58,946 nucleotides of DNA from an uncultured Bacillota bacterium (GCA_905197115.1 CAJJXN010000002.1:1-58946), one strand, 5' to 3'. Counted from the first letter of the stretch, positions 47,771 through 55,008 are shown. Notes: a model not told the origin generated them from the sequence alone. A program made the numbers and translations.

Positions 47771-48408
47771 ATTTCAACATCCTCCTCATGAAAAGATATG
47801 TTAGTCTCTGAAATATCCCAAACAGGAAAATCCAAAGGTATAAAGTCATTTTTCTCCGCATTTGGCATTTTATATGCAACTTCAGTTCCAAAAATTCCAA
47901 CATCTATCTTGTTTTTGCTATTAAACATAGCCCATATGTAATTTGTAGTTATTATGCATTTAACAATATCAAAATAAGATTGATCAACTTCAATTTTCCT
48001 TTCTTCAACGAATAATATAATCAATGTGAAGATGTTGTTTCTTTGTTTATTTATTAACTCTTTATCCATCTCAATTGAATATATAGTAGATAGGGCTTTC
48101 AAAGATTCAATCTCAAAATTATCTGATATAGTTTCTAATCTTTTTTTTAGAATACATGTTGTAAAAGCTCCATCCCCTGATGTTGGTTCAAGAACCGTTT
48201 TACTAAAATCCAAAATATCTGGTCCTACTGCTTCAGTCATTTGCTTAACAATAAACTCAGGAGTAAAGACTTGATAACCTTCAGTATCGTTAGAACCTAA
48301 AGAAGCTAGTTTCAAAGAATCATAAGCTTCAATTAAATCAAAAGTCTTTATTTGTGTCTTGCTAAGCTTGTTTTTTATGTTTTCTACGAAAGGTGTAAAA
48401 TCCATCAT
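47764..48408 (-). CDS. Truncated methyltransferase-like protein (SAM motifs X, I, II intact; no NPPY)
   Basis: 214 aa. VFTPEFIVKQM (X), VLEPTSGDGAF (I), IYSIEMD (II). The motif IV position reads ITTNYIW. Overlaps the upstream HTH gene (ATGA) and the downstream methylase gene (7 nt). Confidence 0.7.
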   Translation of the reverse strand: MMDFTPFVENIKNKLSKTQIKTFDLIEAYDSLKLASLGSNDTEGYQVFTPEFIVKQMTEAVGPDILDFSKTVLEPTSGDGAFTTCILKKRLETISDNFEIESLKALSTIYSIEMDKELINKQRNNIFTLIILFVEERKIEVDQSYFDIVKCIITTNYIWAMFNSKNKIDVGIFGTEVAYKMPNAEKNDFIPLDFPVWDISETNISFHEEDVEIW

Positions 48409-48623
48409 TTCTCCACCTCTTCCATTTCAATTTCATTTTCTTTGCATAGTTTTTCAATTCTTACTCTAGCAATTTTAACAGGGATGGCTCTATTGTTTTC
48501 CCATCTCGAAACGGTTGGATATGAAACCATCAATAAAGCTGCTAAATCAGTTTGAGAAATATTCAATTTAGATCTTAATTCAATCAATGCTTTAGACCAA
48601 TTAGTTTTATTCATATGTTGCAC
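48405..48623 (-). CDS. XRE-family HTH protein (controller-like regulator of the methylase-helicase operon)
   Basis: 72 aa. LRSKLNISQTDLAALLMVSYPTVSRWENNRAIP. It is the first gene of the translationally coupled operon. Confidence 0.8.
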   Translation of the reverse strand: MQHMNKTNWSKALIELRSKLNISQTDLAALLMVSYPTVSRWENNRAIPVKIARVRIEKLCKENEIEMEEVEK

Positions 48624-48813
48624 CTCGAATAGATTTACAAATTAATTCAAATTATATCATCTTTTTATCTAAATGTCCATTCTTTCGACATATAATTCCA
48701 AATATTTTCCATAATTTTCTCAAATCAATCTCACTCAAAAAATCTAATCGTGTTAAATCGTGTAAAACTTTTGCACCCCTGCCTATAATCTGTAAAAGAA
48801 AAATTATAACGCC

Positions 48814-48969
48814 ATGAAATTGGTGATTTTGATGATGAAAAATGCATCGAAATTTGATGATGAGGTTATGAAAATGCTAGAAATAGGCTTAAAAATGGCA
48901 AAAAAAGGCTATTTTGACGACAAAAAGCCTGATAACCGAGTATCAGACCTATTCTACTTAAATGTGTAA
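48814..48969 (+). CDS. Possible small ORF (51 aa) divergent from the HTH gene
   Basis: ATG 48814 to TAA 48969, encoding MKLVILMMKNASKFDDEVMKMLEIGLKMAKKGYFDDKKPDNRVSDLFYLNV. TATAAT at 48784-48789 upstream. No clear RBS and no family recognised. Below the ORF-track size cut-off. Confidence 0.3.
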   Translation: MKLVILMMKNASKFDDEVMKMLEIGLKMAKKGYFDDKKPDNRVSDLFYLNV

Positions 48970-49500
48970 AGCATACGAAATGGCTATTTAATAATATAGA
49001 AAATAGAAGGATCAACTGCATAATTCTTTTCACTATTTATCTTGTCTAAAATATTTGTTAACGTATAATAAACTTCACATATAAATAAATCATATTTAAT
49101 TCTTCTTAGGTTTCATTTAAGTCAACAAAAATTTTACTATCTTTCAAAAAAATGAATGTGTTAATTCATTTCGAACATTGATAACTACCTGAATCTTTTT
49201 AAATTTAATAATTTTTATTCATTAAACATAAAGCATTAAATTTACTACTTTTAGTTTCTACATCTAATTTCTCTGAAAGACTTCTGCTTAACTCTTCATT
49301 TCTGACATATCATCATTGCTTTTTAAAATTTTAATTTCCGGTTTTCAACTTTACTTTGAATTAATTTAAAACTCATATTTATGTATTCTTCTACATTCTA
49401 AATTAATAAGATTATTTTAAATATCAAAATGTGTACCTTGCAAGATTATCTCCTTTTCATTAGGAATTACCCTCATATTTGATAGCGCTGTGACGTTACA

Positions 49501-50067
49501 CTATTCTAAATATATTTTAATATTTTCTGCTATGTTTAGCCCCTTAACACAATTATTAATATCCTTTATGAAACCATTCTGATATTTTTTTGGTAATACA
49601 TTTTTTAAATATATTAAAGCTTGTTTTAAGTTTAAATCATCTAAATTAAAATCCAACATAATTCTATTATGAGATACTCTATTTCTCAAACTATTTATGA
49701 CCTTTTTTCCATTTTTCAAACTATCAAAATCAATGTCTATATTTAATAATTTCTCCTTATTTAAAACCTCTTTTATTACTTCTTTTAAATAAGAGTTCTC
49801 CAACTTATTGTAATCAACTTTGTCTATATTCCAAATGAGTGCTCTTAAATAATCTTCATAAAAAGATAGATACTTAAAAGTATTTACCAATAATCTTTTA
49901 TCATATCTTACTAAATCATCTAAAAATTTCCAAGTTATTTCTATATTATTTTTATCAAGTATATCAGCAAATTTTTCATACTTAGCAATTCCTTTTAGAT
50001 TCATCCACTTATCTGCTTCTTCCTTATTTGCATCATAGTCAACGATTCTTTTTTTTAATTCCACCAT
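49501..50067 (-). CDS. Abi_2 (AbiD/AbiF-like) HEPN-domain protein
   Basis: 188 aa. YDKRLLVNTFKYLSFYEDYLRALIW and the Rx4H motif in INSLRNRVSHNRIML, as in Abi_2/HEPN proteins. The start overlaps the upstream NTase gene by 29 nt. Confidence 0.75.
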   Translation of the reverse strand: MVELKKRIVDYDANKEEADKWMNLKGIAKYEKFADILDKNNIEITWKFLDDLVRYDKRLLVNTFKYLSFYEDYLRALIWNIDKVDYNKLENSYLKEVIKEVLNKEKLLNIDIDFDSLKNGKKVINSLRNRVSHNRIMLDFNLDDLNLKQALIYLKNVLPKKYQNGFIKDINNCVKGLNIAENIKIYLE

Positions 50068-50695
50068 AATTATTTACCTCTCTTACAAATACTTGTGCAG
50101 ATGATATTTTTGTTTCATCATTATCATCTTTTCTCTTTTCTTTACATTTAACCGGAATAATATAATTTTCAATTAAATCTCTTTTTTCAATATGAGATAA
50201 ATTATTAAATTTTATATACGCTTGATTTAATTGAGGTAGTTCATTCCAAGTAAATTCATTTTTACTTGGAGTTTCTATTTTATTATTTCTTCTTATAATT
50301 TGATTGTTTTCAGGAAATAATTTAATAATTACAAAATCAATATGAAAATGATGTTCATCTTTATTTATTAAAGTAATTGCTGTTGTTGAGTTTTCAATTT
50401 TTTCATTTTTTGAAATATGTTTATTAAAAGCACCAATAAAATCCTGTTTTATCTCTGTAGCATATTTCAATTTATTATTCTTATATTCTTTAGAGTTTTT
50501 AGTTAACAAAATTTGGTAATCTAAATCATAATGTCCCTTTTCATCTTTAACCATAGTTCCCCATTTACCTGATCCAACCAATCTAAATGTAAATGAATAT
50601 TTTTGAGATAATTCTCGTTGAACGATATTAAGAAGTTTTAACGCTCGTTGTCTTGCTACTCTACATTCTTTTTTACTTACTCTTTTAAATCTCAT
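50039..50695 (-). CDS. Minimal nucleotidyltransferase (pol-beta superfamily; SMODS/MNT-like)
   Basis: 218 aa. FRLVGSGKWGTMVKDEKGHYDLDYQI (GS...DxD) and a third acidic residue in HFHIDFVI. The C-terminal ~90 aa forms a helical extension. Confidence 0.75.
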   Translation of the reverse strand: MRFKRVSKKECRVARQRALKLLNIVQRELSQKYSFTFRLVGSGKWGTMVKDEKGHYDLDYQILLTKNSKEYKNNKLKYATEIKQDFIGAFNKHISKNEKIENSTTAITLINKDEHHFHIDFVIIKLFPENNQIIRRNNKIETPSKNEFTWNELPQLNQAYIKFNNLSHIEKRDLIENYIIPVKCKEKRKDDNDETKISSAQVFVREVNNYGGIKKKNR

Positions 50696-50722
50696 TATAT
50701 CATTTCCCCTCCACTCTTTTCC

Positions 50723-51364
50723 TCACTTTATCTCGCTATTAATATAAATCTCTGTTAATATATCTTCCATTCGAAGATAAAAGGATTTTTTGCTGTATAG
50801 AGTTCCAATAGTTTTTGCTATACTTGAAAATATTGCCCATCCTATTAGTACTAAAACTACTAGTTCTGAAATAATCTGTACCTTTTCATTAACAATATTG
50901 GCATTTTGATCATAAATAAAGGTCCCCATGCTAATAAAAACAGCTAAAATTGATAAAAATGCTCCTCCGCCATTTATAGAACGTGGAATATAAACTCTAT
51001 AATGCTCTATAATGTGTCCCACTTTTGGCCTTGTATTAATACCTTCTTCTTTTAAAATCTTTTTAAGTAATTCCTTGTCTTTATTTCTTTGGTTATTAAA
51101 AAAATTGTTTATGGTATAAGATAAATTGAATACTTTTTTCCAATTATTTTTTGAATACACCTTCATATAGACATTTTTAAAAACGATGTATGTATATATG
51201 ATAAAACATAAAAATATTATGAAAATAATAAAAAAACAAAGATTAGTTTCTTTTAAAATTAAAAATCCGAATACAAAATAAAAAACAAAAGTTATAAATA
51301 AAAAGAAGATATTTTTATGATAAACGGATGATTTTTTAAATTTGCTTTCTATATTATTAAACAT
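50723..51364 (-). CDS. Four-TM membrane protein (candidate membrane effector)
   Basis: 213 aa. TM pairs at about residues 18-62 and 143-195 flank a basic ~80-aa loop. 27-nt gaps to both neighbours. Confidence 0.65.
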   Translation of the reverse strand: MFNNIESKFKKSSVYHKNIFFLFITFVFYFVFGFLILKETNLCFFIIFIIFLCFIIYTYIVFKNVYMKVYSKNNWKKVFNLSYTINNFFNNQRNKDKELLKKILKEEGINTRPKVGHIIEHYRVYIPRSINGGGAFLSILAVFISMGTFIYDQNANIVNEKVQIISELVVLVLIGWAIFSSIAKTIGTLYSKKSFYLRMEDILTEIYINSEIK

Positions 51365-51391
51365 TATTATTAACTCCTTCCATAGAACAAT

Positions 51392-52375
51392 TTACTTGAA
51401 AATTCTATAGTTTAATTCATCTAAATCGTCTATATAACACTCAAATATATTTTCTATTCCTGCAAGTTTAGCATTTGAATATACTAAATCTTTTTCATTA
51501 TCTGGCATGTTTAATCCTAATATAATTCCCCATGGTTTCCATTCCATTGTTATCGGCTTATCACACCAAATCGGAGATATCATACGCCATTCTTGATCAT
51601 ACATATGACATTTTTTCTTTATTAACGTAATTTTTTCTCTTTCCCATTCCAGTTTAGGGAACAAATTAAAAATTATATCATTCGCTATTTTATTAGAAGT
51701 AAGTTGCCTTAAAACTAAAGATGCACTAAACCATTTTGCATATTCTGTAGCATTGTATGGTTCATCCGAATAATAAATAGGATATAATGAAGGATTAGCA
51801 TTTTTTAAATCACACGTATCGCATTGATCTTTTTTTCCACATAAATAATTAGCTTCATTTTCCATATCATATATAAGTGCAAATCCTTTATGTTGGTTGG
51901 CATATTTAATCCACAATGTTTCATTTAACCCATTTTCTGAAAAACAAACTGATAATGTATAACTTCTTAAAGTATTTCTAATATCACTTTTGATTAATTT
52001 AACTATTTCATTACAAAAATTTTTAGTATCAAATGATTCTAATATTTTATTAATTGATTCTTCATTAAACGGAATGCCTATTTCTTTATACATGTATTTT
52101 ATTTTTTCAACAATATTATCTCGATGAAAAATTTCATTAATACTATTATATATTTCATTCTTGTCAATTCTTAAAAAAGTATCAAAAGGGTCATCATAAT
52201 AATTTGATGTAGAAAAAATTAATTTGTTATTTTTTAACTCTTCCAAACTTTTCATTGTTAAACTTCTATATCTATAAAGATATTTCGGATATTTTATTAT
52301 ATTTTTGGAAAACTTATCATTACTTTTTAAAGAACATAATGTGTCCCAAAAAACTTTTCTTTCTAAATTATTCAT
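51392..52375 (-). CDS. DUF2971-family protein
   Basis: 327 aa. N-terminal YLYRYRSLTMKSLEELKNNKLIFSTSNYYDDPFD matches the DUF2971 signature (YRY.s....l.n..l.fs.p..fNDPfE) as I recall it. Confidence 0.7.
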   Translation of the reverse strand: MNNLERKVFWDTLCSLKSNDKFSKNIIKYPKYLYRYRSLTMKSLEELKNNKLIFSTSNYYDDPFDTFLRIDKNEIYNSINEIFHRDNIVEKIKYMYKEIGIPFNEESINKILESFDTKNFCNEIVKLIKSDIRNTLRSYTLSVCFSENGLNETLWIKYANQHKGFALIYDMENEANYLCGKKDQCDTCDLKNANPSLYPIYYSDEPYNATEYAKWFSASLVLRQLTSNKIANDIIFNLFPKLEWEREKITLIKKKCHMYDQEWRMISPIWCDKPITMEWKPWGIILGLNMPDNEKDLVYSNAKLAGIENIFECYIDDLDELNYRIFK

Positions 52376-52420
52376 TTTATTTTCTCCCTAATTATCAAAT
52401 TCCTTGATTTGTAAAATCCT

Positions 52421-52800
52421 ATTTATTATCATTTTCATTAACTCATATCTTTTTTTTAGGAAATGCCCAGGTTATAAAATTTATTGCGATTTCATGTTGA
52501 GCATATGTCCCCCTTCCTTTTCCTTGTTTTGATATTAATCCTTTTGAATTTACATTGGCAATCCATATCTTTAAAGTCAATGTAAATGATGTTTTTTTGT
52601 TTTGTAGATTAGCTCCTTTGCTTTTTCTAAATCAAAATCTAGGTTGTGTTCTTTCTCCCAAAAACATAACAATTCCAATGTGTTTTTATCACGTAGCCAA
52701 GATTGGATGACATAACTTGGATTTAAATCTTTTTGTTTTGCAATCTCTGTTATAGAATATTTCTGTTTATCTTTATATCTCAAATGATCTAAATCTAGTG
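52421..52800 (-). pseudogene. KilA-N-like DNA-binding protein gene, frameshifted
   Basis: ORF ...YSITEIAKQKDLNPSYVIQSWLRDKNTLELLCFWEKEHN... stops at 52577. The homology-like continuation LKIWIANVNSKGLISKQGKGRGTYAQHEIAINFITWAF is in another frame (52421-52570). Confidence 0.55.
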
Positions 52801-53219
52801 TAAGTTGTGCGTAATGCTCATTTTTTTAGAAGATTATCAATTTTTTTCTTTGCACTTTGAAATATGTCATCTACATCTTCAGATAGTAAACATGAATTTT
52901 GATGCAGTTCTTTTAGTGTTTGTTCAAAATATTTAAATACTCTTCTATTGCATCTTTGTAAATTTCTAATCCCATAAAGCTAACCTTTATGTAATTATTA
53001 TACCATATTTTGACAAAAAAGAAAAGCAAGCCACTATAACTTGCATATTTTTATGTTTTAAATTTAATTGAGCATTAAAAGTCACGTATTCTTATGTTTA
53101 TATTTTTATTCAAATCTATAATACTTTAAAAGGTATAAAATATATTATTTTATATCAATTTCATACAAAATAATAATAAAATCGTACTGTAACTCGACAA
53201 AATACGATTTAATTTGCGA

Positions 53220-53310
53220 TGGCGGAGAAAGGGGGATTTGAACCCCCGCACAGTGTTACCCGCCTACTAGCTTTCCAAGCCAGCCCCTTCAGCCTCTTGG
53301 GTATTTCTCC
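53220..53310 (-). tRNA. tRNA-Ser (anticodon GGA), encoded CCA end
   Basis: Reverse complement GGAGAAATACCCAAGAGGCTGAAGGGGCTGGCTTGGAAAGCTAGTAGGCGGGTAACACTGTGCGGGGGTTCAAATCCCCCTTTCTCCGCCA. It has a 7-bp acceptor stem and an anticodon stem CTGGC/GCTAG with loop TTGGAAA. It also has a long variable arm and a TPsiC arm GGGGG-TTCAAAT-CCCCC. Confidence 0.9.
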
Positions 53311-53404
53311 AGCACAAGTATTTTAACATATAATTTATAAAAATTAAATATTTATTCCATTTTATGATAAAATAAACTTGTTTTATAAAATTGAGGGATA
53401 AAAA

Positions 53405-54436
53405 ATGTATTTAGACACACAAAAATTAATAAGCTGGTTTAACCAAAATAAAAGAGACATGCCATGGCGTCATACACAAGATCCATATGCAATATGGGTA
53501 AGTGAAATTATGCTACAACAAACACGCGTAGATACAGTCATTCCCTATTACCTACGATTCTTAAAAGAATTACCTACTATTCAAGATCTAGCAAATGTTA
53601 GTGAAGAAAAGCTTTTAAAATTATGGGAAGGACTAGGGTATTATTCCCGTGTAAGAAATATGCAATATGCAGCAAAAACCATTATTGAAAAATTTGATGG
53701 AAAGTTTCCTAAAACATATGAAGATACTTTATCTTTAAAAGGAATTGGCGAATATAGTGTTGGCGCTATATTATCTCGCTCCTATAACTTACCTTATGCT
53801 TCTGTAGATGGAAATGTTTTAAGGGTTCTAACACGATATGAAGCTAATGATATTGATATCTCTTTAAATGCAACCAAAAAGTACTTTAAAGAAAAGATTG
53901 AACAATTAAAACCAAGTAATTTTGGATTTTTAAACGAATCTTTAATGGAATTAGGAGCAACAATTTGTACTCCTACCAATCCACAATGTGAAAAATGTCC
54001 ATTAAATGATAAATGTCAAGCATATCACTTAAATAAAGTAAGTGATTTCCCGATAAAAACGAAAAAAGTTAGATCCATTGAATGCACTTATACATGTCTA
54101 TTTTTATATACAAAGGATGAATTGTACTACTTTGAAAATAAAGAAAATGGTGTCTTAAAAAACTTACTTTCACCTATCTTAATTAACGAAACTCTTTCTT
54201 TAAACCAAGTAAAAGATTATTTAAATTCTTTAAACATTGAATATACAAGCATAACTTCACTGAAAGATAAGAAACATATCTTTTCTCATCAAACATGGTT
54301 CATGACAGGATATAAAGTAGAATTAAAAATTATTCCATCATTAAAAGGAAACTTTTATTCAAAAGAACAAATAAAGAATCAAGTAAGTATCCCCGTTTGT
54401 TTTCAAAAATTCTTTTTAGAGTTAAATATTGAATAA
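53405..54436 (+). CDS. mutY: A/G-specific adenine DNA glycosylase
   Basis: 343 aa. PWRHTQDPYAIWVSEIMLQQTRV, HhH-GPD region, 4Fe-4S cluster loop CTPTNPQCEKCPLNDKC, and a C-terminal NUDIX-like domain. Confidence 0.9.
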   Translation: MYLDTQKLISWFNQNKRDMPWRHTQDPYAIWVSEIMLQQTRVDTVIPYYLRFLKELPTIQDLANVSEEKLLKLWEGLGYYSRVRNMQYAAKTIIEKFDGKFPKTYEDTLSLKGIGEYSVGAILSRSYNLPYASVDGNVLRVLTRYEANDIDISLNATKKYFKEKIEQLKPSNFGFLNESLMELGATICTPTNPQCEKCPLNDKCQAYHLNKVSDFPIKTKKVRSIECTYTCLFLYTKDELYYFENKENGVLKNLLSPILINETLSLNQVKDYLNSLNIEYTSITSLKDKKHIFSHQTWFMTGYKVELKIIPSLKGNFYSKEQIKNQVSIPVCFQKFFLELNIE

Positions 54437-54492
54437 ACATTTACCATTTTATTCAAAAAGAGATATAATAAAGAAAAAGGGAGGAATTTAAA

Positions 54493-55005
54493 ATGTTAAA
54501 TGAAAAAATTGCTACTTTAATCAACGATCAAGTAAATAAAGAATTGTACTCAGCCTATTTATATTTAGATTTTGCTAATTATTTTGAAGAAGAAGGATTA
54601 GATGGTTTTGCTCATTGGTATGAAATTCAAGCACAAGAAGAAAGAGATCACGCGATGATGATGCGTAAATATTTATTAGATAATGGATATCGTGTTACAT
54701 TTAAAGCAATCGCAAAACCTGATAAAACTTATCATAATCATTTAGATCCTTTACATGCTGGATTAGAACATGAAAGATATGTAACTGCTCTAATCTCTGC
54801 AATTTATGGTGCAGCATTTGAAGCAAGAGATTTCAAAACAATGCAATTCTTAGATTGGTTTGTAAAAGAACAAGTAGAAGAAGAAAAAAATGCAGAAGAT
54901 TTAATTAAGAAGATGCAATTATTTGGTGGCGATTCAAAAGGTTTATATATGTTAAACCAAGAATTAGCTGCAAGAGTTTATACACCTTCAACAACTGCTA
55001 AATAA
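54493..55005 (+). CDS. ftn: Non-heme ferritin
   Basis: 170 aa. Ferroxidase-centre residues in NKELYSAYLYLDF...QAQEERDHAMMM...LEHERYV. Confidence 0.9.
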   Translation: MLNEKIATLINDQVNKELYSAYLYLDFANYFEEEGLDGFAHWYEIQAQEERDHAMMMRKYLLDNGYRVTFKAIAKPDKTYHNHLDPLHAGLEHERYVTALISAIYGAAFEARDFKTMQFLDWFVKEQVEEEKNAEDLIKKMQLFGGDSKGLYMLNQELAARVYTPSTTAK

Positions 55006-55008
55006 TTT

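Noticed and set aside
50039-50695. Calling the 218-aa nucleotidyltransferase a CBASS CD-NTase
   Set aside because: It is roughly 100 aa shorter than typical CD-NTases. No Cap2/Cap3, HORMA/TRIP13 or known CBASS effector gene is adjacent, and its partner is an Abi_2 HEPN protein. It is kept as a generic minimal NTase (SMODS/MNT-like).
38600-53310. Integrase gene and att direct repeats defining a mobile genomic island; CRISPR arrays; retron or other ncRNA
   Set aside because: No tyrosine or serine recombinase motifs were seen in any frame. I found no copy of the tRNA-Ser 3' segment (GGGGGATTTGAACCCCC...) elsewhere in the window and no repeat-spacer structure. The island call therefore rests on content and position only. 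Retron-like msr/msd inverted repeats were not evident in the gene-poor stretches, but I could not search exhaustively.
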